Shown piece after piece: positions 17,468 through 27,599 of a stretch of 64,000 nt of DNA (the first letter of the stretch is position 1; the number at the start of each line of letters is the position of its first letter). Under the pieces are notes generated by a model. The model had not been told where the DNA came from, searched no databases, and saw only the letters and a list, made by a program, of their open reading frames with translations. Location of the stretch: NCBI GenBank assembly GCA_963664725.1, contig OY761558.1:364414-428413 (forward strand). The letters are read 5' to 3'. The translations under genes were made by a program, and so were the position numbers. The stretch comes from Dehalococcoidia bacterium (GTDB lineage Bacteria > Chloroflexota > Dehalococcoidia > Lucifugimonadales > UBA3495).

Positions 17468-18760
17468 TTACCAACCGTGCTCCAGCTTGTCTTGCAGGAT
17501 ATTGACCAGGTCGGCGACTGGTACCCTGACCTGGTGCATAGTGTCCCGGTCCCTGATGGTTACCTGCTGGTCGTCGATGGTGTCAAAGTCAACGGTTACG
17601 CAATAGGGGGTTCCAATTTCGTCCTGGCGACGGTACCGCCGGCCTACGCTTTGGGCATCATCAAACTGAGTGCTGAAATGGCGCCGCAGCAGATCGTGGA
17701 CGTTGCGGGCCGTTGGCGCCAAGCGGGCGTTACGGCTCAGGGGCAGCACCGCCACAGTGATGGGCGCCAGCTTGCGGTGCAGATGGGACACCACCCGTAC
17801 GGCGACGCCGTCCGGTTCCTCGTCGTAGGAGTCCAGCCAGAAGGCCAGGGTGGCCCGGTCAACTCCCCCCGACGGTTCAATAACGTAGGGCAAATACCGT
17901 TCCCTGGTCTCTTCGTCGAAGTAGGTCAGGTCTTCCCCGCTGATTTCGGCGTGGCGGCCCAGGTCAAAGTCGGTGCGGTCTGCGATGCCCTCCAGTTCGC
18001 CCCAGCCCCAGGGGAACCGGTATTCGATGTCGTAAGTGTCCTTTGCATAGTGGGCCAACTCGTCACGGTCGTGGCGGCGCAGGCGCAGGTTTTCCTTCCT
18101 GATGCCATGATTCACGTACCAGTTGAATCGCTCGTCCACCCACTTCTGGAGCCATTCCTCGTCGGTGCCGGGCTTGACGAAGAACTCCACCTCCATTTGC
18201 TCGAACTCCCTGGTCCGGAAGGTGAAATTGCCGGGGGTGATTTCATTGCGGAAGGCCTTGCCTATTTGACCGATGCCGAAGGGCAGCTTCTTGCGGGAAG
18301 AATTGAGCACGTTCTGGAAGTTGACGAAGATGCCCTGGGCAGTCTCTGGGCGGAGAAAGACCTCGTGGCCGGTGTCTTCCACCGGCCCCATGAAAGTGCG
18401 GAACATCAGGTTAAAGCGGCGGGGTTCGGTGAACTCGCCGCCACACTCGGGGCATCTTTCCGTCTCCAACTGGTCGGCGCGGAATCGCAGGTGACACTCG
18501 CGGCACTCCACCAGTGGGTCCGAAAAGTTCTCCACATGACCGCTGGCCACCCACACCTGGGGAGCCATCAAGATGGCCGCATCCAGGCCCACCATGTCAT
18601 CGCGTCCCAGGACTACCGAGTTCCACCAGGCTTCCTTGACGTGACGCTTAAGCTCTACGCCCAGCGGCCCGTAGTCCCAGGTAGAGGCCAGGCCTCCGTA
18701 GATTTCGCTACTCTGAAAGACAAAGCCCCTTCGCTTGGAAAGGGACATTATCTTGTCCAT
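17468..18760 (-). CDS. glyQS: Glycine--tRNA ligase, dimeric (GlyQS) type
   Basis: MDKIMSLSKRRGFVFQSSEIYGGLASTWDYGPLG and class-II motifs. Start at ATG 18760; the ORF is open to 18835. Confidence 0.9.
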   Translation of the reverse strand: MDKIMSLSKRRGFVFQSSEIYGGLASTWDYGPLGVELKRHVKEAWWNSVVLGRDDMVGLDAAILMAPQVWVASGHVENFSDPLVECRECHLRFRADQLETERCPECGGEFTEPRRFNLMFRTFMGPVEDTGHEVFLRPETAQGIFVNFQNVLNSSRKKLPFGIGQIGKAFRNEITPGNFTFRTREFEQMEVEFFVKPGTDEEWLQKWVDERFNWYVNHGIRKENLRLRRHDRDELAHYAKDTYDIEYRFPWGWGELEGIADRTDFDLGRHAEISGEDLTYFDEETRERYLPYVIEPSGGVDRATLAFWLDSYDEEPDGVAVRVVSHLHRKLAPITVAVLPLSRNARLAPTARNVHDLLRRHFSTQFDDAQSVGRRYRRQDEIGTPYCVTVDFDTIDDQQVTIRDRDTMHQVRVPVADLVNILQDKLEHGW

Positions 18761-18881
18761 ATCGGCATAGGGAAGGGCTCGTGGCAAGGGGCAACCTCGG
18801 GTGGACAGGGTAGGCCGGCTGCAGATGCCGGGCAAGTTTCAAAGTTACACGAAAAAGGTTACCAACTTAGTTATGTGATGT

Positions 18882-18931
18882 AAAGAAAAAGAGCGTGAAG
18901 GAAAGGCAATGACTGGTTTAATTGCCTTCAC
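18882..18931 (-). terminator. Intrinsic terminator after the chlID/cobalt operon
   Basis: The minus strand reads GTGAAGGCAAT...ATTGCCTTTCCTTCAC followed by GCTCTTTTTCTTT. Confidence 0.5.
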
Positions 18932-18993
18932 AACCGTATCCAATGCTAACGAGGAGCAAAGTGGAAACTCAAGCCAAATCTTCTGACGTCTGT

Positions 18994-21108
18994 TCAGTGA
19001 AAATTCAGGCTGTCGTACGCTTGGCGCATTTCCTCCGCGGTGACTTCGGGAGTATCGGATGCTTCCTCCATGCCGGAACCGGGCAGTTCGCGGCGGACAG
19101 CGGCGGCCAGGCTGTCTGCCCGCAGTTCTTCCAGTTTCAGGTAGCGGGCGCCCATAGACTCCGCCAGAGGACGGGCCATTGCCAGCTTGATGAAGTCCAA
19201 CTCAGTATCTATGACCACGCTCGTAATGTGCTTGTCGTCGAAAATTGACGCAAAGCCCTGGGCTTCTTCCACGGCGCTGGCCCCGCTACCGTCCAGGGAA
19301 ACGTTGGCCCTGCCGTCAGACAACACTACCACCAAAGGCAACACGTTTCGGTCCTTCATTCGCTCCGTCTCAAGGGTTTCCAGGGCAAGATACAGGCCCC
19401 GGGACAGGGGCGTGCGGCCGCCCGTGGGCAAATCCTGGAGATAAAGCTGGGCCAGGTCCACGCTGTTGGTGGGCGGGAGCAAAAGGTCCGCGTCGGTACC
19501 TCGGAAGCCGATCAGGGCTACCCGGTCCCGCCGCTGGTAGGCGTCCAGCAAAAGGGACAACACCGCGCCCTTGACGGCCACCATGCGGCGTTGGGCACCC
19601 ATGGAACCACTGGCGTCCACCACGAACAGGATCAGGCTGCCCGTACGGGTCTCGCGCACCTTTTCGCGCACATCCCAGGGTTCGATTAGCAGGTTAGCCC
19701 CACTTGGATTTTCGGGCAGACTCTCCCGACGGCGCTGCTGGTGGGGCGCGGCGGCGCGGAGTGTGGCATCCAGGGCCAAGTCAGTTACCGGCCCTTGGGG
19801 CGCCTGGGCACGAACGTAACGGCCGGCACTGGAACCGCTGACCGTGCTGGCACGGCGACCGGCGGCCGGCCGCTCCCGCCGGTCCGGTGGGGGCAACAGG
19901 ATGGACTGGATCGCGTAGGGATCGCCCGTTTCGAACCACTGGTCCTGGGGGCCGGCGCCGGATTCCGGGGACTCTTCCTGCTCCTCGTCACCTAAGTCAG
20001 GGGGGTCGGAGTCTTCCTCGTTCCGGTCCTGGGACGACGACTGGTCGTTGTCCTGCGGTTCCCGGCTGTGGGACTGACTCTGGTATTCCTCCAGCATGTT
20101 GTCCAGTTGCTCGGTAACCAGGTGGGGCTGCTGGAAGGGCTGGCGACGCTGGCGATGCAGCAGGGCCAGCAGCGCCGCCTCCCGCACGTCTTCAACGTCC
20201 ACCTCAGTGCGGCCGTCGTAGGCGGCGATGGTGCTGGCCGTCTTGTACATGACGATGTCGCCGCGCAGGCCGTCCACCTGGTATTCGGCGCAGATGTCAG
20301 TAATCAGGCCGAGGATATCATCGCTTACCGACACATGATCCAACAATGCGCGGCTGCGCAACAGGCGTTCCCGTTCATGTTCTTCCTCAGTGTCCCATTG
20401 TTCCATAAAGGAAATTGGGTCAGTCTCGTAGGCCATGCGGCGGCGGACGACTTCCCGCCGCTCCTCAGCTACCATTATCCCGTCCACTTCCACCGCCAGC
20501 CCGAAACGATCCAGCAACTGGGGCCGCAGGTCACCTTCTTCAGGGTTCATGGTGCCCACCAGGATGAATTCGGCAGCGTGGCTGACCGAGATACCCTCTC
20601 GTTCCACATAATTTCGGCCCATGGCCGAAGCATCCAACAGAACGTCAACCAGGTGGTCGTTCAGTAGATTGACCTCGTCGATGTAGAGAATGCCCCGGTG
20701 GGCGGCGGCAATCAAGCCCGGTTCAAAGCTCTTGGTGCCAGTCTTGATAGCCTGCTCGATATCCAGGGAACCCACCAAGCGGTCCTCGCTGGCGCCCACG
20801 GGCAAGTCCACAATTCGGACCTGGTGGTTCACGGGTGGATTATCGTTGCTGCCGGACTCGCACCACTGGCACAGGCCCTGCCTCGCTTCCGGCGAACAAC
20901 TGTAGGGACAGCCCTGCAGTACCGAGACCTGGGGCAGAAGTGCAGCCAGGGAACGGACCGCGGTGGACTTGGCGGTGCCCTTTTTGCCGCGAATAAGAAC
21001 ACCGCCAATGCGGGGATTGACGGTGTTCAACAACAGGGCCCGTTTCATGGCCCTCTGCCCCACTATGGCGGTGAAAGGAAAGGACGGTTCTCGGTTGGGC
21101 TGGGTCAA
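18994..21108 (-). CDS. Chelatase ATPase/vWA subunit, fused ChlI-like AAA+ and ChlD-like vWA (BchD/ChlD architecture)
   Basis: TTG start with GGAGGA upstream. Walker A GKKGTAKS and Walker B ILYIDEVNLL. An acidic/Pro-rich linker (EEDSDPPDLGDEEQEESPE) is followed by vWA MIDAS VVDASGSM. Confidence 0.85.
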   Translation of the reverse strand: MTQPNREPSFPFTAIVGQRAMKRALLLNTVNPRIGGVLIRGKKGTAKSTAVRSLAALLPQVSVLQGCPYSCSPEARQGLCQWCESGSNDNPPVNHQVRIVDLPVGASEDRLVGSLDIEQAIKTGTKSFEPGLIAAAHRGILYIDEVNLLNDHLVDVLLDASAMGRNYVEREGISVSHAAEFILVGTMNPEEGDLRPQLLDRFGLAVEVDGIMVAEERREVVRRRMAYETDPISFMEQWDTEEEHERERLLRSRALLDHVSVSDDILGLITDICAEYQVDGLRGDIVMYKTASTIAAYDGRTEVDVEDVREAALLALLHRQRRQPFQQPHLVTEQLDNMLEEYQSQSHSREPQDNDQSSSQDRNEEDSDPPDLGDEEQEESPESGAGPQDQWFETGDPYAIQSILLPPPDRRERPAAGRRASTVSGSSAGRYVRAQAPQGPVTDLALDATLRAAAPHQQRRRESLPENPSGANLLIEPWDVREKVRETRTGSLILFVVDASGSMGAQRRMVAVKGAVLSLLLDAYQRRDRVALIGFRGTDADLLLPPTNSVDLAQLYLQDLPTGGRTPLSRGLYLALETLETERMKDRNVLPLVVVLSDGRANVSLDGSGASAVEEAQGFASIFDDKHITSVVIDTELDFIKLAMARPLAESMGARYLKLEELRADSLAAAVRRELPGSGMEEASDTPEVTAEEMRQAYDSLNFH

Positions 21109-21138
21109 GGACGTTCCTCCGGGGAGATTTTGGTCACA

Positions 21139-21933
21139 CTATTGCCTTGAAGCAGGTGTCATTCCGCTTTCCACCCCGCCTGTGGCGCTTATCCCCCGAT
21201 CCTGGTACCTGGTGTACCCGCTAACGCCCAGGGCAATAATCATCCAAAGCATCAAGTGTCCAATGATGGAGAAGGTGCGGAACATTATGACCAGGGAATC
21301 AGGCATCCATCCAGGGATTGCATCGGAACTTCCGGGGATTGCTGTAAACAATATTATCGCTACGACAAAGTACCCTGCGGCGACACCGGCATACCCCAGA
21401 AACCGCTGGGACCCTTCCCAGCCCGCTTCGTGGATATACCTGACCACCAAGCCCGCGGCGACCACAGCTACCGCAGAAAGCAGTATGAACAGGAACTGGA
21501 ATCCCTGCCGCGCAAGGAGAGAACTCTCCTCGCCGATGCCGGGCGGGTTAAGGGGATACTTCAACTGAGTGAATAGGGAAATGGACCAGAAGCACACAGC
21601 GCCCGCGATCAGTGCCCAGGCCCAGACGTTCCACCCTGGAAATGCCCGTCTCATGACGTGGAAAAACCCAGTGAAGATGGCTCCATATACCACGCCTAGG
21701 ACGGCCAGGCCGAAAACCAGGCCTATACGCTGCGCGCCCAAGGAACCCAGGGTAGCGTAGAAGCCAGTCGCTCCTGCCTTTTCCTCGCCCGCGGGGGCTT
21801 CCGCCGCCGCCGCAGCCCCTTCCAGTTCAATAGCCCACTCCATTACGGGAACGTTGAACACGTTCACGAAACCGCCGACCAGCAGGCCGGCTATTGCGCC
21901 CATAATCAGGGCCAAGGGTAGCATGTTACGCAT
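21139..21933 (-). CDS. cbtA: Predicted cobalt transporter subunit CbtA (multi-TM)
   Basis: Polytopic membrane protein directly downstream of a CbtB-like gene in a B12-riboswitch operon. Start at ATG 21933 (GGAG 7 nt upstream); the ORF is open to 21948. Confidence 0.6.
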   Translation of the reverse strand: MRNMLPLALIMGAIAGLLVGGFVNVFNVPVMEWAIELEGAAAAAEAPAGEEKAGATGFYATLGSLGAQRIGLVFGLAVLGVVYGAIFTGFFHVMRRAFPGWNVWAWALIAGAVCFWSISLFTQLKYPLNPPGIGEESSLLARQGFQFLFILLSAVAVVAAGLVVRYIHEAGWEGSQRFLGYAGVAAGYFVVAIILFTAIPGSSDAIPGWMPDSLVIMFRTFSIIGHLMLWMIIALGVSGYTRYQDRGISATGGVESGMTPASRQ

Positions 21934-22083
21934 AGTTAAACTCCACAATTAAATTGCGTATGGTTAAGTTGCGCAAACACACCGCTCCCCCCTCCTGAAT
22001 GGCAAGGCCACTCTGGGCAGCATGAGTAGCGTTAAAAGAGGGCAATGCCCCCGTCCGACGGGGGCACCGCAGCGACTATTGGT

Positions 22084-22287
22084 CTAGTGGCACATCAAGG
22101 CGACGTGGCGGGCGTGGTGGAAGAACTCGTGAACGGCGCCGAGCACGGCCGGGGAGCCAAGGGCAACACCGTGAACGCTGGCATCGACGTAACCGACCAT
22201 GTACAGGACGGCGGCGCCCAAAAGCAGCCACGGAGCCCACACCGGGGCGGCGCTATCACCAAACATGCTTCTCAAGATTGTCAACAT
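22084..22287 (-). CDS. cbtB: Predicted cobalt transporter subunit CbtB (single TM, His-rich tail)
   Basis: 67 aa with one TM and the C-terminus HEFFHHARHVALMCH. Start at ATG 22287 with GGGAGGA upstream; the ORF is open to 22332. Confidence 0.6.
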   Translation of the reverse strand: MLTILRSMFGDSAAPVWAPWLLLGAAVLYMVGYVDASVHGVALGSPAVLGAVHEFFHHARHVALMCH

Positions 22288-22427
22288 CTTATCCTCCCTC
22301 ATATTTAGTGCCGTATTAAGCTCCGAAACCACGCAACTGAGCTGTTGGTTTCAAAGTCTATTACCAGGATGTAAGCGATTCAAGCTCTCTGACCGTGAGA
22401 ACCGGCGGCAATACCCAGTTTCCTGCC

Positions 22428-22838
22428 CTAACGTTGAACGTAAACTATTGCCTCTTCCCGTCCAACGTATCGATCCCTCATTTCCAGGAACGCATCGTAT
22501 TTGGCGGGCTGGTAGTCGACACGGTTGTTGTCGTCGTCCAGGTAAGGGTTCGGGAAGTAACACCGGACCAGTGTCTCCTCCCAGTCCTTGGAAAACCGGA
22601 CGTAGAAGGACTTCAAGCCACCGTGGCTGTCCGCCTCGACAAACTGGATACCGTTGACGGAAGCCTCCGAAAGGTGAAAGTGCCAGTTGTCGGCTTCGAT
22701 GGTGTACCAGCCGTTGCTGAAATCCGGCTCCTTGATCCCCTTGGACGTGTTCTCGCTAGCGACCTCGCCGCCTCCGATGACCCACATCATCTTGTCGTTG
22801 GAAGTCAATTCGTTAATCAGTTCGGACAGTGTTTCCAT
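22428..22838 (-). CDS. Hypothetical 136-aa protein inside the cobalt/B12 operon
   Basis: Clean ORF between cobN and cbtB. I recognise no family. His-containing segments are NWHFHLSEASV and ADSHGGLKSFYVRF. Confidence 0.6.
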   Translation of the reverse strand: METLSELINELTSNDKMMWVIGGGEVASENTSKGIKEPDFSNGWYTIEADNWHFHLSEASVNGIQFVEADSHGGLKSFYVRFSKDWEETLVRCYFPNPYLDDDNNRVDYQPAKYDAFLEMRDRYVGREEAIVYVQR

Positions 22839-22880
22839 GCCCTGCCTCCCCGGCTTACCCGGTGCCTGTTGAGTTAGCCA

Positions 22881-25800
22881 TTATGGGGATTGTCCCGCCT
22901 CTTGTCTAGCTTCCAGGTCGGTTTCCAGTTCCAGGTACAGTTCACGCAGTTTGTCCAGGATCTCCGGCGGCGGATTTTCCCACATGCCCCGCTGGATGGC
23001 CTCCAGAAGCCGCTCGATGATGCCCCGCATGGCCCAGGGATTGCTCTGCCGGAAGAACTGCTGCATGTCCTCGTTCAGGATGTACTCTTCAGTAACATTC
23101 TCGTACATCCAGTCTTCTATGACCTGCGCCGTGGCGTCGTAGCCGAACATGTAGTCCACAGTTGCGGCTAATTCAAAGGCGCCCTTGTAGCCGTGGCGCT
23201 TCATGGACTCCATCCACTTGGGGTTGACCACTCGGCTGCGGAAGACCCGGCGCGCTTCGTCCTGCAAATCCCTGACCCGAGATCGGGAAGGATCGGAACT
23301 GTCTCCGAAGAACTGGCGGGGGTTGCGACCGGTCAAAGCGCGTACAGTGGCAATCATGCCGCCGTGGTATTGCATGTAGTCGTCGCTGTCAAAAACGTCG
23401 TGTTCCCGATTGTCCTGGTTCTTGGCGGCCACCACGATCTGGCCAAACCGCTGCCGAAACTCGGGCCGGGCGCTGACGCCAAAGTCCCGCTGAGTGTAGG
23501 CATACCCACCCCAGGCGGTGTATACCTCGGCCAGGTCGTGGACCGACTCCCAGTTGCGTTCATCCAGCACCGGTAAAATGCCTGCTCCGTAGGTGCCTGG
23601 CTTGCTGCCAAAGATGCGGTAAAGAGAACCAGCGCGGTCTTCAGTTGCACCTTCCTCTGTCTCCGAAGCGCCTTGACGTTGAGCCAGGTCTTCCTGAAGA
23701 TGCTTGACAACGAAATTCTGTTCCGTCGGTTCATCCACCGAAGCTACCAGTTCCACTGACTGGTCCAGCAGGTAGATCAGGTTGGGAAATGCGTCGCGGA
23801 AGAAGCCACTGATGCGGACGGTAACGTCAATCCGGGGACGGCCCAGTTCTTCCAGGGGAATAATCTCTATGCCGGAAACCCGGCGGCTTTCGGCCTGCCA
23901 CACGGGGCGCACACCCAGCAGGTACATGATCTGGGCAATGTCGTCCCCGTGGGTGCGCATGGCCGACGTTCCCCAGACCACCACCCCCACCATTTCGGGG
24001 TAGCTGCCCTCTTCCTGCAGGTATTTGTCCAGCAGGGCGTCTCCCAGGTCCTTGCCCACTTCCCACGCCACCGGCGAAGGCAGCGTTTTCGGATCGACGG
24101 AGTAGAAATTTCGCCCGGTAGGCAGGACGTTTGCCATGCCGCGAGTGGGCGCGCCACTGGGCCCCGGCGGCACAAACCGGCCTTCCAGGCCTCGCAGAAG
24201 GTTCCCGATTTCGTCGGAAGTGCGCATCAGGGAAGGATAGATAAAATCGGACACGTAGCGGAGCACCATTTCGGTGGCCGCGTCTGAATGGCCCAGCAGG
24301 TCCGACACGATGGCCGGCACATCTTCCCGATTGAAGCCACCCACCTGCAGCCGTTCGTAGGCGCTGCGGCACAACGTTTCCAGGCGCTCAATCACATCTC
24401 CGGCACTGCGCAGGGGAGTTTCGGTGTCCTGTTCCACCAGGGCCACTGGCATGTTGCCGTTTACCGCCCGGCCCGGATCATCCAGCAGGCCGGCATAGTC
24501 CAGGCCCAGGGCCTCAGCCATAGCCCGGCGCAGGCTGGGAATGCCGCTTATGTCAAGTCGCGTCAACGCGGATAGCAAGCCCACCAATTGTTCTTCCGTA
24601 GGGGGTTCTCCCAGGGTGTGCAGGCCGTCTTTTATCTGCACATCCTTGATTTCACAAAGGTAGCCGTCGATTTCCAGCATGAATTCGCCGAAGTCGTCGG
24701 GCTGGTCTTCCACCCCCAGGTCGCGGTGCAGTTCCGCCTGCTGGACCATCTCCCAAATCTGGCTTTCCAGCATGGGCAGCTTGGCCGGGTCCAGGGTTTG
24801 ACACTGGTAGTGTTCGTCCATCAACTGTTCCAGCTTGGCAATGTCGCCGTAGCTGTCGGCTGTGGTCATGGGCGGGATCAAATGGTCAATGATGGTGGCG
24901 TGGGTGCGGCGCTTGGCCTGGGTACCCTCGCCGGGGTTATTGATGATAAACGGGTAGAACAGGGGCAGATCCTGTAGGGCCACCTCTGGATAGCAGGCCT
25001 CGGAAAGGCCGATGCCTTTGCCCGGCAGCCACTCCAGCGTCCCGTGCTTCCCCACGTGCACCATAGCATCTGCCTGGAATACATCACGAATCCAGCGGTA
25101 ATAGGCTATGTAATGGTGGGTGGGCGTCAGGTCAGGACTGTGATAGACGGAAATGGGATTCTCGCCAAATCCCCGGGGGGGCTGCAGACCGACAAAAATA
25201 TTTCCCAGGTCCAGGCCCGCGATGGCCAGGGAATCACCGGTGCGGTACACCTGTCCCGGCGGGTCGCCCCAGGCTTCCTGCAATTGCTGCTGCACGATAG
25301 GAGCAAAGTTCTCAAACCAGCGGGCGTACTGCCGGCGGTCGACGTGGCCGGCGGCCAGCCTCAGCTGCTCTTCCGTCAACGAGTCCCGGTCGTTGCTGCA
25401 CCTTTCGATGATGCGGTGTACCAGTTCATCGCCGTCGGCGGGGATGTCTTCCACCAGGTAACCGGCGGCCTCGAAGGCGTGAAGCAGGTTTATAACCGAA
25501 GCCGGCGTGTCCAGGCCCACCGCATTGCCGATGCGGGCGTCCTTGGTGGGGTAGTTGCTCATGATGATGGCGATGCGCTTTTCGCCGTTGGGCTTTAGGC
25601 GCAGGGCGGCCCACTTGGCCGCCAGCCCCGCCAGCGCCTCCATGCGGTCGGGGGCTGCCACGTAACGCTGCAGGCGCGGGCCAACAACACCATTGCCACC
25701 ACTGCCGGCCGTTTCTTCCTTGAAGGAAATGGGCACGGTGATGATGCGACCGTCGAACTCGGGCAGGGCGATATTCATGGCCGTATCTATGGGACCCAGG

Positions 25801-26738
25801 CCCAAAGAGCTTTCCTCCCACTCTTCCCGTGAGCCGGTACTGACAATGCCCTGGATGATGGGAATGTCCAGCGCGTCCAGCAGGTCTACCGACCAGCCTG
25901 TTGCAATTGTGGGCCCCTCCTGGCTCAAATCGCTCATGGCCAGACCCATGGTGTTAATAATGCAGTCGACGCGGGGACTGCCGCCAGCGTTTGCCATGAA
26001 ACTGGTCAGGGTTCGGCTGCGCTGCCCCTCTTCCTCGGGATTGTGCTTCAGGCTGTATGAATACACGGGCAGGACGTTCACGCCTTTGCCTTCCAGGCAC
26101 CGGATCAACTCGTCAACGAATTGCAGGTTGCCGCTCATCCAGTGGGCGCGGTAGAAGAGCAAACCCACACTGGCTCGGCCGGGCTGGAAACGGGCCGAAA
26201 TATATCGGTCCACGTCGGCCGTGTCCTCCGGGTTTGCGTCAGGATGGTAGATGCCCTCCCAAGGCACAGGCTCCGGCGCTTCGTGGCCGAACTCGCTGCC
26301 CAGGTAAGTATCGCTCAGAAACAGGAAAAGGTTGCGGAAGTTATCAATTCCGCCGCGCATCAGGTAGGAAAATGCGGTTTCCAGTTCGGCCACCGGGACT
26401 GAGCAGGCGGTAACCAGGTCTTCATCCCATTCCTGATGACCTGGGCAGGCAATCAGGGGTATGCCCCGTTCGTGGCACAGGCTGACCAGCGCATCGAAGG
26501 AATCAGGCATGGCCCGTTTTCCGCCCAGCAAGCGCAAAAGCACCACGCCAGCCCCTCCCGCTGAGTCCAAGAGTTCCTGGCGCGCTTCCTCGGTGTCCAG
26601 CCCCATGGGATGGTAAGCATGCACCTGCGGTCCGCCTTGAGGCAGGCCGGCCAGGGCACGGTCAGCGGTGAGGATGTCGGTATCGGCGGTGGTTACGAAA
26701 ACCACCGGTTTCGAGCCGATTTCAGCTTGTGTGGTCAA
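22881..26738 (-). CDS. cobN: Cobaltochelatase large subunit CobN
   Basis: 1285-aa CobN/Mg-chelatase H-family protein; the length and conserved blocks throughout fit the family. TTG start. Confidence 0.9.
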   Translation of the reverse strand: MTTQAEIGSKPVVFVTTADTDILTADRALAGLPQGGPQVHAYHPMGLDTEEARQELLDSAGGAGVVLLRLLGGKRAMPDSFDALVSLCHERGIPLIACPGHQEWDEDLVTACSVPVAELETAFSYLMRGGIDNFRNLFLFLSDTYLGSEFGHEAPEPVPWEGIYHPDANPEDTADVDRYISARFQPGRASVGLLFYRAHWMSGNLQFVDELIRCLEGKGVNVLPVYSYSLKHNPEEEGQRSRTLTSFMANAGGSPRVDCIINTMGLAMSDLSQEGPTIATGWSVDLLDALDIPIIQGIVSTGSREEWEESSLGLGPIDTAMNIALPEFDGRIITVPISFKEETAGSGGNGVVGPRLQRYVAAPDRMEALAGLAAKWAALRLKPNGEKRIAIIMSNYPTKDARIGNAVGLDTPASVINLLHAFEAAGYLVEDIPADGDELVHRIIERCSNDRDSLTEEQLRLAAGHVDRRQYARWFENFAPIVQQQLQEAWGDPPGQVYRTGDSLAIAGLDLGNIFVGLQPPRGFGENPISVYHSPDLTPTHHYIAYYRWIRDVFQADAMVHVGKHGTLEWLPGKGIGLSEACYPEVALQDLPLFYPFIINNPGEGTQAKRRTHATIIDHLIPPMTTADSYGDIAKLEQLMDEHYQCQTLDPAKLPMLESQIWEMVQQAELHRDLGVEDQPDDFGEFMLEIDGYLCEIKDVQIKDGLHTLGEPPTEEQLVGLLSALTRLDISGIPSLRRAMAEALGLDYAGLLDDPGRAVNGNMPVALVEQDTETPLRSAGDVIERLETLCRSAYERLQVGGFNREDVPAIVSDLLGHSDAATEMVLRYVSDFIYPSLMRTSDEIGNLLRGLEGRFVPPGPSGAPTRGMANVLPTGRNFYSVDPKTLPSPVAWEVGKDLGDALLDKYLQEEGSYPEMVGVVVWGTSAMRTHGDDIAQIMYLLGVRPVWQAESRRVSGIEIIPLEELGRPRIDVTVRISGFFRDAFPNLIYLLDQSVELVASVDEPTEQNFVVKHLQEDLAQRQGASETEEGATEDRAGSLYRIFGSKPGTYGAGILPVLDERNWESVHDLAEVYTAWGGYAYTQRDFGVSARPEFRQRFGQIVVAAKNQDNREHDVFDSDDYMQYHGGMIATVRALTGRNPRQFFGDSSDPSRSRVRDLQDEARRVFRSRVVNPKWMESMKRHGYKGAFELAATVDYMFGYDATAQVIEDWMYENVTEEYILNEDMQQFFRQSNPWAMRGIIERLLEAIQRGMWENPPPEILDKLRELYLELETDLEARQEAGQSP

Positions 26739-26756
26739 AATATCGGTGCCTTCTAA

Positions 26757-27464
26757 TCAGTGGCCCCCGTCGCCGGGACGGGGAAATACCATGATGGAAA
26801 GGTCGCTGAATTCCTCGGTTATGGCGGCGCATTCCGCCAGCGTGCCACTCCAGCCCTTCTCGCCCTCCAGGGTCAGCCGCTGGTATACGGTGACCGGCCG
26901 GTTTGCGGCAATGCCGCCGCCGACCAAGTCGGCTGCTATCTGGGCCGGCATTAAATCGAAGGGACGGGGCAGCAGGATTATGTTGCGTTTCCCCTCGCCC
27001 AGGTAGCGCTCCAGTTCGGACAGGGCCGATTCTGAGCCGTCTCGTCGGTGCAGGGTGATGAACAGGGACTCTTCCATGGCTATCCCGGAACGGGCGCAAG
27101 CCATTTGGATAGAACTGATCCCCGGAATGAGTTCTACATTTTCGGCTCGGCGATAGACCCGGACCAACAGTTCGGCGGCGGAGACATTCAAGTCTCCCCA
27201 GCAGCACACTACGCAATTCTTCCCGCCGGCGGCTTGCTTGGCCGTGTATTCCAGGACATCCTCCTGGTCTCGGTAGCTCATGGGCTTCATTTCCGCGTTG
27301 CCGCACCATTCGGCAACAACGTCCAGCACCGTCTTGAAGCCCACCACCAGGTCGGCGTCCTCCAGTGCTTGCCGGCCCCTCAGGGTAAGCATACGCGGGT
27401 CACCGGGCCCAACGGCCACCACGGTCATCGAAATTCCTGCGTTCTCTGCGGTCATCTTCTCCAA
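26757..27464 (-). CDS. Tetrapyrrole (corrin) methyltransferase family protein, CbiE/CbiH-like
   Basis: VVAVGPGDPRMLTLRGRQALEDADLVVGF and GDLNVSAAELL. Alternative starts are ATG 27455 and ATG 27428. Confidence 0.7.
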   Translation of the reverse strand: MEKMTAENAGISMTVVAVGPGDPRMLTLRGRQALEDADLVVGFKTVLDVVAEWCGNAEMKPMSYRDQEDVLEYTAKQAAGGKNCVVCCWGDLNVSAAELLVRVYRRAENVELIPGISSIQMACARSGIAMEESLFITLHRRDGSESALSELERYLGEGKRNIILLPRPFDLMPAQIAADLVGGGIAANRPVTVYQRLTLEGEKGWSGTLAECAAITEEFSDLSIMVFPRPGDGGH

Positions 27465-27503
27465 GTCCTGTTAATACGGGATTCAACAAATGCGAAATCC
27501 CAC

Positions 27504-27530
27504 AAAAAAACCCGGGCACTGCAACCCGGG
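27504..27530 (-). terminator. Riboswitch expression-platform terminator
   Basis: The minus strand reads CCCGGGTTGCAGTGCCCGGG followed by TTTTTTT. It lies between the aptamer and the first operon gene. Confidence 0.8.
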
Positions 27531-27599
27531 GATTCGGTAAATCGCCTGACTCTGGCAGGGCAGGCAGGTATACGCCGCCCACCGTGAACCGACTCCGAA

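Noticed and set aside
17450-18883. Long plus-strand ORF (477 aa) antisense to glyQS. Similar long antisense ORFs occur at 6099-7274, 9999-10997, 10888-11904, 31268-32272, 37911-38921, 51632-52729, 57494-58699 and 62303-63355.
   Set aside because: The opposite strand encodes unmistakable conserved proteins in each case. The antisense translations are low-complexity (Gly/Ala/Val/Arg/Pro-rich), as expected for shadow ORFs in GC-rich DNA.
18761-18993. T-box leader upstream of glyQS. The region 210-436 upstream of cysS was checked for the same thing.
   Set aside because: No T-box consensus (AAnnnGGGTGGnACCGCG-like) or specifier/terminator architecture was visible. The glyQS region instead holds the terminator of the upstream operon.
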